A stretch of 64,000 bases of DNA from Bdellovibrio sp. (GCA_036677065.1 JAKFBS010000001.1:416001-480000); one strand, 5' to 3'; positions 10,570 to 20,141 are shown, counted from the first letter of the stretch. Numbers and translations: made by a program. The notes: a model not told the origin generated them from the sequence alone.

Positions 10570-11742
10570 TTAATGCATGTTAATAACAACTTTAATGCAG
10601 TCATCTTTTTGATCGTTAAACAGTTGATAGGCTTTGGGTGTGTCTTGTAAATTTATACGATGAGTGATCACGAATGATGGATCAATTTCACCCCGAATAA
10701 TTTTATTTAATAAAAGTGGCATATATTTTTGAGTGTGGGTTTGTCCCATTTTAAAAGTCAGGCCTTTGCCGAAAGCTGCACCAAAAGGCATTTTATCTAA
10801 AACACCGCCATACACACCAGGTATTGAAACCGTTCCGCCTTTTTTACAAGCTTGAATGGCTTGGCGTAAAGCATCGGGTCTGTCAGTGGCTAATCCTACA
10901 GCCATTTTTGCACGGTCTAACGTAGCTGTGATCGAATGACCATGAGCTTCCATACCAACAGCATCAATGCATGAATCTGGCCCCCGGCCACCAGTCAGAT
11001 AACTTAATTCATCAAGCACACTGTCTGTGTTTTCAAAATTAATCGTGTGAGCTTTACTTAATTGGGCCATTTCAAGTCGTTTATCAAAATGATCAATGGC
11101 AATAACCCGTTCTGCACCTAACATGTATGCACTTCGAATCGCCATTTGGGCCACTGGGCCTGCGCCCCATATAGCAACTGTATCGCCAGGCTTAATATTG
11201 CAATTTTCTGCAGCCATATAACCAGTTGGTAAAATATCACTTAAAAATAAAACTTTTTCGTCAGGAATACCTTCAGGGATCACTAATGAATTTGTATCGA
11301 CAAAGGGTACGCGTATATATTCAGCTTGTCCGCCGGCATAACCGCCATACATATGTGAATAACCAAATAAAGCAGCCCCTGAATGGCCATATAATTTATC
11401 TGCAAGATATGTATTTGGATTCGTGTTGTCGCAACTTGAGTACTCTTCAATTTCGCAATGATGACAGCGGCCACAGGCAATATCAAAAGGAATCACAATG
11501 CGATTACCAAGTTCAACTTTTTTAACTAACTTACCGACAGCGACAACTTCGCCCATGGTTTCATGGCCTAGAATGTCGCCTTTTTCCATTGTGGGAATCG
11601 TGCCATTATAAATATGTAAATCAGATCCACAAATGGCCGCACTGGTTACTTTGACGATCGCGTCGTGTGGATTAAGAATTTGTGGTTCTTTAACGTTACG
11701 TAAAGCGACTTCATGTTTTCCGAACCAGCATAACGCTTTCAT
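10570..11742 (-). CDS. Zn-dependent alcohol dehydrogenase, glutathione-dependent formaldehyde dehydrogenase-like (YbdR-type)
   Basis: [44 protein letters not shown]. Confidence 0.9.
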   Translation of the reverse strand: MKALCWFGKHEVALRNVKEPQILNPHDAIVKVTSAAICGSDLHIYNGTIPTMEKGDILGHETMGEVVAVGKLVKKVELGNRIVIPFDIACGRCHHCEIEEYSSCDNTNPNTYLADKLYGHSGAALFGYSHMYGGYAGGQAEYIRVPFVDTNSLVIPEGIPDEKVLFLSDILPTGYMAAENCNIKPGDTVAIWGAGPVAQMAIRSAYMLGAERVIAIDHFDKRLEMAQLSKAHTINFENTDSVLDELSYLTGGRGPDSCIDAVGMEAHGHSITATLDRAKMAVGLATDRPDALRQAIQACKKGGTVSIPGVYGGVLDKMPFGAAFGKGLTFKMGQTHTQKYMPLLLNKIIRGEIDPSFVITHRINLQDTPKAYQLFNDQKDDCIKVVINMH

Positions 11743-11750
11743 ATTAACTC

Positions 11751-12329
11751 CTAGTGTTTCATTTCGGGCGCAAGGTCTTCTTCGCGACCAGACGGCTGAC
11801 CTTTGGTTGTCGGAACTTCGCCGGTTTCTAAATAAGCTTTTAATCGGGTCAGATTTGTTAACATAATCGAATCGGGATCTTCACCGACTAATTGCGTAGC
11901 GATTTTTCCAATTTTTCCGGCAGGAATCGTATAAGCCATATGTAAACGAACAATCGTTCCGTATTCTTGGGGGGCTTTAGTAAACCAAATGGTTCCGGCT
12001 TGTTGCACTTCGGTTTTTCCGACAGTTTTCCAAGAAAGCATTTCTGCATATTTTTCTTCGATGATTTCAGCATCCCATTCTACTTTGGGTCCGTGTTCAA
12101 GTTGAACAACCCAATGAGACATCGTTTCTGAATGCACGGTCAAAGAAACTAAATCTTTCATAAAATAAGGTAAATTTCCGAAATTACGAAAAAAAGTATA
12201 AATTTCAGCCGGCGATTTTTTAATCGTGATAGAACGATGAATTTTTTCTTCATCTTTTAATTTGCGCGCCATAAGAGCATTACTATCGTATTTGGTGCGC
12301 TCTGTTTTTAGCTGATTGGTGTTCTGCAT
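11751..12329 (-). CDS. SRPBCC (polyketide cyclase/dehydrase-like) family protein
   Basis: [25 protein letters not shown]…VEWDAEI…[20 protein letters not shown]. Confidence 0.85.
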   Translation of the reverse strand: MQNTNQLKTERTKYDSNALMARKLKDEEKIHRSITIKKSPAEIYTFFRNFGNLPYFMKDLVSLTVHSETMSHWVVQLEHGPKVEWDAEIIEEKYAEMLSWKTVGKTEVQQAGTIWFTKAPQEYGTIVRLHMAYTIPAGKIGKIATQLVGEDPDSIMLTNLTRLKAYLETGEVPTTKGQPSGREEDLAPEMKH

Positions 12330-12339
12330 GTTTAATCCT

Positions 12340-13944
12340 TTAAATAATTGGAACGTCAGTCACACGTGGATATTGTTTTTCGACAGGAATAAAATCAGGC
12401 TCGATAAATTCGTCGCTGTCTAATTTTTTAAGATTTTGCACGGCAGGACCTTCTAAAACTTTTCCATAACAATCAAATCGCGAACCATGGCAAGGACAAT
12501 CCCAGGATTTTTCGACGTTATTCCATGAGACAACGCCCCCCAGATGGGGACAAGCGGCTGACATGTAGTGCGCAACACCTGATTGGTTTTTATAAACGGC
12601 CACCATACTCATACCATCGCGAAATACACTGCCTTCATTTATGCGCAAGTCATCTAGATCTGGTTTTGGACTAAATGAAAGCCATTTGCCGTATTGACCA
12701 GCCACATTTAAATTTTCTCTGAAGTAATTTGGTGTTGAAAGTAAACTAATTCGCGACGGATTATATAAATCCTCCCAAGGATTTTCTCGTTGCATGATTT
12801 GATCAGTCACAATCATTGCGCCAATCGTGCTATGGGTAATTCCGTTACCAGCATCACCGGTGATAACATACACATTGTCGCGATCAAGCGGGTTATGGCC
12901 TAAAAAGCCAATGCCATCAACCGGTTCCATGACTTGGCCCGACCAGCGATAAACCAAATTTACAATTGTTGAAAAACGCGCACGCGCCCATTCTTCAAGT
13001 TTTAAAAAGCTATGTTCCGGATGATTTTCTTGTCCGGTTTTGTGATCTTCGCCGCCAATAATTAATAAATCATATTTATCAGCCGCAATTTTTTCAAGCC
13101 GGATATAACGATAAGGATCGCTGGTATCCCAGTATAAACCTTTGGCCACGCTGTCTTTGATGACATGAAATCCGATAGCATAAGTGCGATAGGGAGCTTG
13201 TTTGGTGTGAATCGCAAATATATCATTTACCGGAGTATTAGTTGCGACTACAAGTGCTGAGCAAGTAACGATTGAGCCATTTTGAGTTTTAACAGCGGCA
13301 AAATCTCGATTATGAAATTCAATGGCATGTGTGTGTGTAAAAATTCTGCCGCCGCCTTCAATAATCGCGCGTGCAAGGCCTGCTAAATATTTTGCAGGGT
13401 TAAATTGCAACTGGCGTGGAAACGATAAGCAATGACCGGTTTTAAAATTTGTCAGCGGTGCATTTTCTAACATTTTTGCATAAATTAAACCAGCTCTGCG
13501 AACAGCATGATGTTCGCGCATCAGCACATCGCTTTCTGAATCGTCGCCTTGAAATAAATAACCGGTAAGACGTTCTAATTCGCATTCTATTTTTTCGCGA
13601 TTCACAATTTGTTCGATGCGATCAAGGGCAGCCGTGTGGCTTTGGGCGATTAAGCGTGTGCCTTCTTCGCTGTGATACATTTCTAAATCAAAATAGCGTG
13701 TGCCTAAGACACTTGAACCATGCGCGGTTGTTCGACCAGATTGGCCACTGCCAATTTCAAAACTTTCAAGCACGCAAACGGATTTTCCTTCTTTCATCAG
13801 CGAATACGCCGTTGTTAATCCGGCAAAGCCCCCTCCGACGATACAGACATCAACATTTAAGTTTTCTTTGAGCGGCTCAAAGGTTGGCATCTCAACGGTG
13901 TCTAACCATACGGACAAGCTTTCGCCAGGATGTAACTGATTCAT
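12340..13944 (-). CDS. FAD-dependent oxidoreductase with C-terminal Rieske [2Fe-2S] domain (YhfW-like)
   Basis: VGGGFAG, GQSGRTTAH, GGEDHKTG; Rieske CPHLG…WDCPCHGSRF. Confidence 0.9.
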   Translation of the reverse strand: MNQLHPGESLSVWLDTVEMPTFEPLKENLNVDVCIVGGGFAGLTTAYSLMKEGKSVCVLESFEIGSGQSGRTTAHGSSVLGTRYFDLEMYHSEEGTRLIAQSHTAALDRIEQIVNREKIECELERLTGYLFQGDDSESDVLMREHHAVRRAGLIYAKMLENAPLTNFKTGHCLSFPRQLQFNPAKYLAGLARAIIEGGGRIFTHTHAIEFHNRDFAAVKTQNGSIVTCSALVVATNTPVNDIFAIHTKQAPYRTYAIGFHVIKDSVAKGLYWDTSDPYRYIRLEKIAADKYDLLIIGGEDHKTGQENHPEHSFLKLEEWARARFSTIVNLVYRWSGQVMEPVDGIGFLGHNPLDRDNVYVITGDAGNGITHSTIGAMIVTDQIMQRENPWEDLYNPSRISLLSTPNYFRENLNVAGQYGKWLSFSPKPDLDDLRINEGSVFRDGMSMVAVYKNQSGVAHYMSAACPHLGGVVSWNNVEKSWDCPCHGSRFDCYGKVLEGPAVQNLKKLDSDEFIEPDFIPVEKQYPRVTDVPII

Positions 13945-13997
13945 AAAATTCCTTTTTTATTCAAACATTATTTTTTTACGGCTTAGGCTAAGCGTTT

Positions 13998-14013
13998 TGC
14001 AAAACTTGTTCCC
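13998..14013 (-). promoter_or_regulatory. Putative sigma54 promoter for the yhfW-like/SRPBCC/ADH operon
   Basis: GGGAACAAGTTTTGCA (GG-N10-GC). Confidence 0.65.
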
Positions 14014-14047
14014 GCGCAGATAAGGTCGCCATCGGGGAATTTTGCCT

Positions 14048-14063
14048 AGGAATATTTTTTGCT
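14048..14063 (+). promoter_or_regulatory. Putative sigma54 promoter for the GSP26-like gene
   Basis: AGGAATATTTTTTGCT (GG-N10-GC). Confidence 0.6.
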
Positions 14064-14100
14064 AAATAAGAAAGGGTTAATACTTTACGAAAGGCTTTTT

Positions 14101-14610
14101 ATGAAAAATGAATTAAAAAAATCTCCGACCGAAGATCTGCGTGTCATTGGCGAGATTATTGATAGCGCAGGCATTTGCATGTTGACCACACACAATCATG
14201 CCGGCGGGCTTTGTAGCCGGCCAATGTATACGCAAGAGCTTGATGAAAATGGCAATATCTGGTTTTTTACGTCTTCAGGTTCACATCTTGTTTCAGAAAT
14301 TAGAAACAATCATCAGGTTCATCTTACGTACACGGCCGGAAAAGAAAAATTTGTCGCAGCCTCTGCACTGGCTCACGAGGTTTTTGATCGCGCGCGTATG
14401 ATTCAGTTATGGACACCAATGATGAAGGCTTGGTTTCCCCAAGGTATTGAAACACCAGATTTAGTTTTATTACGTTTAGAATTACAAGACGTTGAATATT
14501 GGGATGCTCCAAGTTCACCGGTGGTTAAAGTGGCGGGATTTTTTAAATCTATGGTCAGTAATGAACCGTACAAACCAGCTCACCACGAGAAAGTAAATTT
14601 ACATCACTAG
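14101..14610 (+). CDS. General stress protein 26-like, pyridoxamine 5'-phosphate oxidase family
   Basis: ICMLTT…SRPM…IWFFT…LWTPMMKAWFPQG…EYWD; ATG 14101 preferred because the TTG at 14059 lies inside the promoter. Confidence 0.85.
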   Translation: MKNELKKSPTEDLRVIGEIIDSAGICMLTTHNHAGGLCSRPMYTQELDENGNIWFFTSSGSHLVSEIRNNHQVHLTYTAGKEKFVAASALAHEVFDRARMIQLWTPMMKAWFPQGIETPDLVLLRLELQDVEYWDAPSSPVVKVAGFFKSMVSNEPYKPAHHEKVNLHH

Positions 14611-14634
14611 ATATTGCTGCGGCTTCGCCAAGAG

Positions 14635-14901
14635 TTACGGTGTTAGGTTTTGAATTTTTTCCTGAATAGGACGATCAATCATGAAATGCCCTTGCGTTTT
14701 GGCGCAATGGGCACAGCAGTAAAATTCTCCCTCGGCTTCAACACCATGGCCGATAATTAAAGTATTACAGCACGAACAATGTGGAGCTAGTTTTGAAATG
14801 GCGCATTCAAAACAATCAAATACATGCTCTTCGCCATTCATTTTTACCGTAAAAGCTTTGTCATAGTTGTTGCCGCATTTTTCGCAAGTTTGCATTTCCA
14901 T
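14635..14901 (-). CDS. Cys-rich metallothionein-like protein
   Basis: CEKCGN…FDCFECAI…APHCSCC…IIGHGVE…YCCAHCA; SD AAGGA. Confidence 0.75.
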   Translation of the reverse strand: MEMQTCEKCGNNYDKAFTVKMNGEEHVFDCFECAISKLAPHCSCCNTLIIGHGVEAEGEFYCCAHCAKTQGHFMIDRPIQEKIQNLTP

Positions 14902-14913
14902 GGTATTCCTTTT

Positions 14914-15423
14914 TTATCTAACGGTTGATTTAATGACTCCGCAAGCTATGCGTGGCGCTGATTTTTTAGTTTTGTCGTCAGGCCCAGCGTGCACAATGAT
15001 GGCCCGGTCAGTAATGCTATAAGTACCGCTGACAGCGCCGCTAATTGATAATTGTGAAACTGAAAAACTGCCTTCAGCAGAGCCAGTTTTATTACTGCTA
15101 ATTTGTGGAAGATCGCCGGCGTATAAATCAGGAAAATCCAATGAGGTGCCATGGCCTTCGTGGCCAGGCAGCTTAGCATAGTGGCCACCGGCAGATTTGC
15201 CATCTACAGATGAACAATCTGGTTTTTCATGAATGTGTAAACCAAATTTTTTTTTGTTAGGTAAGTTTTTAATTTTATAGATAACGTTAAGCTTGTCTCC
15301 GTCCTGAACAAAATCAATTTGTCCCGAGACTTGCGATCCATTTTTAGGTTGTAATTCGGCAGTCAATTTTTCACTAATGGTTGGCGCGGCGAAGGCTAAG
15401 GTCGCAATTAGAAATATTGTCAT
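14914..15423 (-). CDS. sodC: Periplasmic Cu/Zn superoxide dismutase family protein
   Basis: Signal peptide; GLHIHE, SAGGHY, AGDLP, IIVHAGPDD, RIACGVI. Confidence 0.85.
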   Translation of the reverse strand: MTIFLIATLAFAAPTISEKLTAELQPKNGSQVSGQIDFVQDGDKLNVIYKIKNLPNKKKFGLHIHEKPDCSSVDGKSAGGHYAKLPGHEGHGTSLDFPDLYAGDLPQISSNKTGSAEGSFSVSQLSISGAVSGTYSITDRAIIVHAGPDDKTKKSAPRIACGVIKSTVR

Positions 15424-15439
15424 GGGTCCTCTAAAAAAT

Positions 15440-15480
15440 AAAAAAAAGACCAGATACTAGACATCTCGTATCAGGCCTTT
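15440..15480 (-). terminator. Terminator-like hairpin immediately upstream of sodC
   Basis: Minus strand AGGCCTGATACGAGATGTCTAGTATCTGGTC followed by T8. Confidence 0.55.
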
Positions 15481-15604
15481 CGCGGTTACTATGAGTATCA
15501 GTCATTGTAGTCGCGATTGTCTCTGCGAGGCATTAATTGCATTATTTTCGACAAGCGAATTAATGAATTTCTGCCCTCCATGTCACATTGACAAAATTAG
15601 ATAT

Positions 15605-15620
15605 TGCAGAGGTTGTGCCA
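15605..15620 (-). promoter_or_regulatory. Putative sigma54 promoter, near-consensus
   Basis: TGGCACAACCTCTGCA. Confidence 0.8.
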
Positions 15621-15655
15621 GTACCAGAAGAAAATTAAGTGAATTTAAAGTGGGT

Positions 15656-15690
15656 AAAAAAGAAATCGCCCCGTGGGTGGGGGCGATTTG
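15656..15690 (-). terminator. Rho-independent terminator after the small basic ORF
   Basis: AAATCGCCCC-loop-GGGGCGATTT then CTTTTTT on the minus strand. Confidence 0.65.
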
Positions 15691-15701
15691 ATCACGCGAA
15701 C

Positions 15702-15735
15702 TCAGAGATAGCTAAGTTGCCTTAGCTATCTCTGA
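15702..15735. repeat. Perfect 15-bp inverted repeat with 4-nt loop (GCAA on minus strand)
   Basis: TCAGAGATAGCTAAG-ttgc-CTTAGCTATCTCTGA. Confidence 0.85.
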
Positions 15736-15754
15736 AACTGCAGTGAATTAAATT

Positions 15755-15949
15755 TTAGATAGGCGCTGGTAATCGGCGACGCTGATTGCGCTCTTTAAGC
15801 TTATTAAAAAAATTAATATCGCCAGATAATAGTTTGCGTGTGTTTTCAACCAAAACATTGCGAACTTGCAAAGGTGATTTTTTGTTTTTCGTTTTGCGCG
15901 TAACAGCTTTTGCGCGACGTTTTAAAATATTTTGAGCCATTTTCTTCAT
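15755..15949 (-). CDS. Small Lys/Arg-rich hypothetical protein (64 aa)
   Basis: SD TAAGGAG before ATG; own sigma54 site upstream and terminator downstream. Confidence 0.65.
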   Translation of the reverse strand: MKKMAQNILKRRAKAVTRKTKNKKSPLQVRNVLVENTRKLLSGDINFFNKLKERNQRRRLPAPI

Positions 15950-15994
15950 AAGCTTTCTCCTTACTCAGTCGATCAGTTTGATGTTTTTGAGAGG

Positions 15995-16010
15995 AGCAAA
16001 CAATATGCCG
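15995..16010 (-). promoter_or_regulatory. Putative sigma54 promoter
   Basis: CGGCATATTGTTTGCT. Confidence 0.7.
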
Positions 16011-16112
16011 CATGCGGGTTTTGTAATTCTTGTTCAGACTTCCAGCAAAAACTGTCCGTATCAAAAAATCTTAACCGAAAATAGCCTAAATAATAGGATG
16101 TTTAAATTATAC

Positions 16113-16151
16113 GGGGAATAATTCTACTTTTTTCTTGGGGAAATTTTCTAC
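16113..16151. promoter_or_regulatory. Tandem imperfect palindromes, candidate enhancer-binding-protein sites
   Basis: GGGGAATAATTCTAC (16113-16127) and GGGGAAATTTTCTAC (16137-16151), about 105-140 bp upstream of the minus-strand sigma54 site and just before the activator gene. Confidence 0.55.
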
Positions 16152-16191
16152 GTATGTTACACGTTCACTAAATAAGAGGGGATTTATAAGC

Positions 16192-17595
16192 ATGAAAAAA
16201 GCAAAGATCTTAATGATTGATGATGATAAAGATATTCAAGAACTTATCTCTAGTTTTTTTAAAGTTCGTAACTACGATGTTATCTGTTACGACGACGCGC
16301 AAACAGCCTTAGAAGACATCAGCAGCGCCAAAGTTAAAGGTGACGTGATTATCACAGACTTAATGTTGCCAGGTATTTCAGGGATCGAATTCACACAGCG
16401 CCTAAAAGTTTTAGGTAGCGAAATACCGATTATTTTAATCACAGCTAACAAAAAAGTAGAAACTGCAGTGGAAGCCATCGCTGCCGGCGCTTACGACTTC
16501 GTTGTTAAGCCATTACATTTTCCACAATTATTAGTTTCAGTTGAAAGAGCCCTTTATTTAACACGTGTTGAAGAAGAAAATTCGACTCTTAAATCTGTAG
16601 TGCAGTTGCAAGAAGGGCATAACAGTCTAGAAGGTATTATCGGTAAAAGTGCAGGTATCAAAAATGCGCTTGAGTTGGCTCGTCGGGTATCGCAATCCAA
16701 TGCCAATATTTTAATTACCGGCGAGAGCGGCGTGGGTAAAGAAGTCATCGCTAAAGCCATTCATAATATGGGTTCACGTAAAAAAGCTCCGTTTGTCGCA
16801 ATCAATTGCTCGGCAATTCCTGAAAATCTTTTAGAATCAGAACTATTTGGTCATTCTAAGGGGGCCTTCACCGGAGCGATCGATAAAAAAATGGGTTTAT
16901 TTGAAGAAGCCGATGGCGGAACACTTTTCTTAGACGAGATCGGTGATCTCACATTGCCATTACAGGCAAAAATTCTACGTGTTTTACAAGAAAAGAAAAT
17001 TAAACGTATCGGTGAAAATCAATACCGCAGCGTGAATGTTCGTATTCTGTCAGCGACCCATAAAAACTTACGCCAAGAAATCATTGATCGTAATTTTCGC
17101 GAAGATTTATTTTTTCGTTTAAATGTGATTCCGATTTGGATTCCGCCTTTACGTGAACGTAAAGAAGATATCTTGCCGCTTTCAGAATTTTTCTTACGTA
17201 AATATTCGGCGTTAAATAACACCAAGATCAAGCAGTTCAGCAAAGAAGCCCATGACTATTTGGTGACGAATACTTGGCCGGGTAACGTGCGTGAACTTGA
17301 AAACACGATTGAGCGTGCGATTGTTCTTTCTAATTCGGCCTTAATTCGCTTAGAAGACGTGTGTTCTGCTGAAAACCGCAGTTCTGGCGAAAATAAAGAA
17401 GAGGCGGGCTTACGCTTTCCTGCGTTTGGTAATGCCAAGGTGCTAACTGTTGAGCAGTTAGTAAATAAATACGTGCAGCATGTGTTAGATCTAAATAACG
17501 GCGCTAAAGAAAAGACCGCACGTGATCTGCAAATCGATCGTAAAACGCTCTACAGGCGCCTACGCGAGATCGATAACCATCAGCTAGAGCACTAG
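16192..17595 (+). CDS. Sigma54-dependent response regulator (NtrC family: REC-AAA+-Fis HTH)
   Basis: IDDD…TDLMLP; GESGVGKE, ESELFGHSKGAFTGA, FLDEIG, FREDLFFRL, WPGNVREL, LQIDRKTLYRRL; ATG 16192 preferred. Confidence 0.95.
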   Translation: MKKAKILMIDDDKDIQELISSFFKVRNYDVICYDDAQTALEDISSAKVKGDVIITDLMLPGISGIEFTQRLKVLGSEIPIILITANKKVETAVEAIAAGAYDFVVKPLHFPQLLVSVERALYLTRVEEENSTLKSVVQLQEGHNSLEGIIGKSAGIKNALELARRVSQSNANILITGESGVGKEVIAKAIHNMGSRKKAPFVAINCSAIPENLLESELFGHSKGAFTGAIDKKMGLFEEADGGTLFLDEIGDLTLPLQAKILRVLQEKKIKRIGENQYRSVNVRILSATHKNLRQEIIDRNFREDLFFRLNVIPIWIPPLRERKEDILPLSEFFLRKYSALNNTKIKQFSKEAHDYLVTNTWPGNVRELENTIERAIVLSNSALIRLEDVCSAENRSSGENKEEAGLRFPAFGNAKVLTVEQLVNKYVQHVLDLNNGAKEKTARDLQIDRKTLYRRLREIDNHQLEH

Positions 17596-17606
17596 GGTGG
17601 TTGCAT

Positions 17607-17645
17607 AAAAAAAGCCTTCTACAGTTTGGTAGAAGGCTTTTTTTT
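17607..17645. terminator. Bidirectional rho-independent terminator
   Basis: A7-GCCTTCTAC-agtttg-GTAGAAGGC-T8 between convergent genes. Confidence 0.9.
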
Positions 17646-17662
17646 AACTAAAAATTATAAAA

Positions 17663-17941
17663 TTAAACGTGGGCGTTTTGAATTGCTGTAGAAAATTTTT
17701 CGACCAGCTCTTTTAATTGCGTTAGGTCTTTGGCCTTTGCCGCTTGTTCCATAGCCACGGCTACGCCTGTCAGTTCATCAAAGCCAAAAGTGACTGCGTT
17801 GCCCTTAATTTGATGGCCAATGCGCTCTAGAAAACCAAAATCCTGCTTAGATACGGCTTCATGACAAGCTGTTATATCTTGTTTACGGCGATCTAAATAT
17901 TTTTGGCGAGCTTCAACGGGAACTTGCATAGTGTCTATCAT
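17663..17941 (-). CDS. Hpt (histidine phosphotransfer) domain protein
   Basis: LERIGHQIKGNAVTFGF. Confidence 0.85.
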   Translation of the reverse strand: MIDTMQVPVEARQKYLDRRKQDITACHEAVSKQDFGFLERIGHQIKGNAVTFGFDELTGVAVAMEQAAKAKDLTQLKELVEKFSTAIQNAHV

Positions 17942-20117
17942 AAATATCCTTGGCTTTTAAAGCAACTTTTCTAGTTGGTATGTCTTTGGTTGAGTCATTA
18001 ACGATGGTTAAGATTTGTTTTATAAGGGTATCTTGGCTGACAGGTTTTGTTATTAAGCCTATGCATCCTGATTCAAGACTGCTGTTCTTTTCTGCTGATG
18101 AGGCATGGGCCGTCAGGGCTATAATTGGATTTTTAAATCCCTCAATACGCAGACGGCGAGTGGCCTCCAGGCCATCCATTTGCGGAAGCTGAATATCCAT
18201 CAATATTAAGTCGTAGTCTTCTTCGCGCACGCGGCGAATGGCAGAAATTCCATTATCAACCACATCGGGTATAGCACCTACCGAACGTAAGAAAAATTCA
18301 AAGATTTCCTGGTTATCCTCAGAGTCTTCCACAATCAGGATTCTTTTTCCGGCCAATTGGTTGAAATTCTGTAATTGGCTTGAAGCTTGCGTTTGTGCGA
18401 TTCCTGTCATTACAGTTTCTGACCACTTCACATTTTCAATTTCACCACAGGGTATTTTTAATTCAAAAGTAGATCCACGGCCAATACGGCTATCAATCAA
18501 AACAACATCGCCGCCGAATTGTTGAGCCATTCGTTTCGAAACAACAAGTCCTAATCCTATGCCGCCAAAACGACGAGTACTTGAAACGTCGGCCTGTGAA
18601 AAAGATTGAAATAAATCAGCTTGATCGTGCTTAGAAATACCGATGCCAGTATCTTTCACGCGAATAGTAATGAATTTCTGTCCGCTCGGGCTTGATTCAA
18701 TTTTAAAATGTACGCTGACGCCACCATTTTCGGTGAATTTCACCGCATTGCCTAAAAGATTTGTCATGACTTGTTTAACGCGTGATTCGGCAGCCATAAC
18801 GTATTCAGGCAAAACACCTTCGCTCGAAATATCAAATTTAATACCTTTAGCATCAGCGCGATTATTCATCGTAACCAAGACATCTTCAAATAATGATCTT
18901 AACGAAATATTTTGTGTCGTGATCATTATTTTACCAAATTCGATATTTGAAATATCTAAGATATTATCAATGATACCGGTTAAGTGAGAGCTGTTTTTTT
19001 GGATATTTTCGATAAGAACGTGACGCTCATTTTGATTTTCGGTTCGGCTTAATATTTCAGAATACCCAGTGATCGCGTTAAGGGGTGTGCGAATTTCGTG
19101 GCTCATATTCGCTAAAAATGCTGATTTCATGCGATTAGATTCTTCAAGTAGCAGTTTTTCTTTAGCTTCGTGGTTAATAGTATTTTCAAATTGTTTAAAA
19201 AAGCTAAGCAGTAGCCCAATAACTAAGGCTGTGGCTAAAGCCACGATATGGCCTAGATAGCGATCGCTGAGCGAAAGAAAGTCAGGCATGGCCACGACGG
19301 TGATCTTCCAGCGTTTGCCATATAAATCAATTTCTTGAATTTTGTGAAATGATTCGCTGTTCACACTCTGTGAAAAACGTGTATAAGCTAAAGTCTCTTT
19401 CTGGGTTTCAGGATCAATCAAAGTTAACGAAAAATTCACATGCTCTTTGTGAGGATTTGGGTGCCCCAGAATATTCGTAAAAAGATCATCCATTGTTACC
19501 GGAATATATATTAAACCCAGTGATTTTTGCTTACGTTCTTTGATTGTACCTGGTGTTTGCAATTGGCCAAAATACGGTAGCGCTAAAGTCATCGAGAATT
19601 TCTGGTAGTTAGTTTTAGAAGTTTCTGCCTTGAACGGATAAGTTAGGGTAATAGAAGTTGCGTGCAGCGCATTTAAGATATCGGCTTTGTGACTGTTCGG
19701 CAGTTGTTGTGCGAGCTTTTTTAATTGTGCACGTGATGAAAAGCCTAAACCAATCAGCTTATAGGCATCTGATTGCTCCTGTAAACTTTCAGTGAAGCTA
19801 CGAAAGTGTCTATGATCAGGCAGCTGAGTGTGATGGGTATCAAGGTGTGCGCGGGTATAAGCTAAAGAAAAAGCGTAAGTATTTAAACTGTTCGCTAAAG
19901 CCGAAGTCACTGATTCAGTTTCAAACTCGAGGCGATGATTCACATCTTTTTGAATTGATTTGTGGATATGAGTCCAAGAGATAAAGCCAATAATAGTAAG
20001 GCCGGCGATAATCGCCGTGAAAATTTCTTTATCAAAGAAGACTGAAAATGTATTTTTAAGAAAAGACTTTGCCATACAGTTGTTTGATTTTTTACACAGG
20101 GCAAAGGGGGGATTCAA
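17913..20117 (-). CDS. Hybrid sensor histidine kinase (CHASE-like sensor, HisKA, HATPase, REC); true start may be ATG 20075
   Basis: Two TMs; KSAFLANMSHEIRTPLN, NLLGNAVKFT, DTGIG, RRFGGIGLGL; REC IVEDSEDN…LMDIQLP…ALTA…KP. Confidence 0.9.
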   Translation of the reverse strand: MNPPFALCKKSNNCMAKSFLKNTFSVFFDKEIFTAIIAGLTIIGFISWTHIHKSIQKDVNHRLEFETESVTSALANSLNTYAFSLAYTRAHLDTHHTQLPDHRHFRSFTESLQEQSDAYKLIGLGFSSRAQLKKLAQQLPNSHKADILNALHATSITLTYPFKAETSKTNYQKFSMTLALPYFGQLQTPGTIKERKQKSLGLIYIPVTMDDLFTNILGHPNPHKEHVNFSLTLIDPETQKETLAYTRFSQSVNSESFHKIQEIDLYGKRWKITVVAMPDFLSLSDRYLGHIVALATALVIGLLLSFFKQFENTINHEAKEKLLLEESNRMKSAFLANMSHEIRTPLNAITGYSEILSRTENQNERHVLIENIQKNSSHLTGIIDNILDISNIEFGKIMITTQNISLRSLFEDVLVTMNNRADAKGIKFDISSEGVLPEYVMAAESRVKQVMTNLLGNAVKFTENGGVSVHFKIESSPSGQKFITIRVKDTGIGISKHDQADLFQSFSQADVSSTRRFGGIGLGLVVSKRMAQQFGGDVVLIDSRIGRGSTFELKIPCGEIENVKWSETVMTGIAQTQASSQLQNFNQLAGKRILIVEDSEDNQEIFEFFLRSVGAIPDVVDNGISAIRRVREEDYDLILMDIQLPQMDGLEATRRLRIEGFKNPIIALTAHASSAEKNSSLESGCIGLITKPVSQDTLIKQILTIVNDSTKDIPTRKVALKAKDIYDRHYASSR

Positions 20118-20141
20118 AAAATTAATTTAATATAATTTGAA

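Noticed and set aside
15491..15691. 66-aa Cys-rich plus-strand ORF, and the 72-aa ORF at 15846-16064
   Set aside because: No SD; they run across or antisense to the promoter, hairpin and better-supported ORF features
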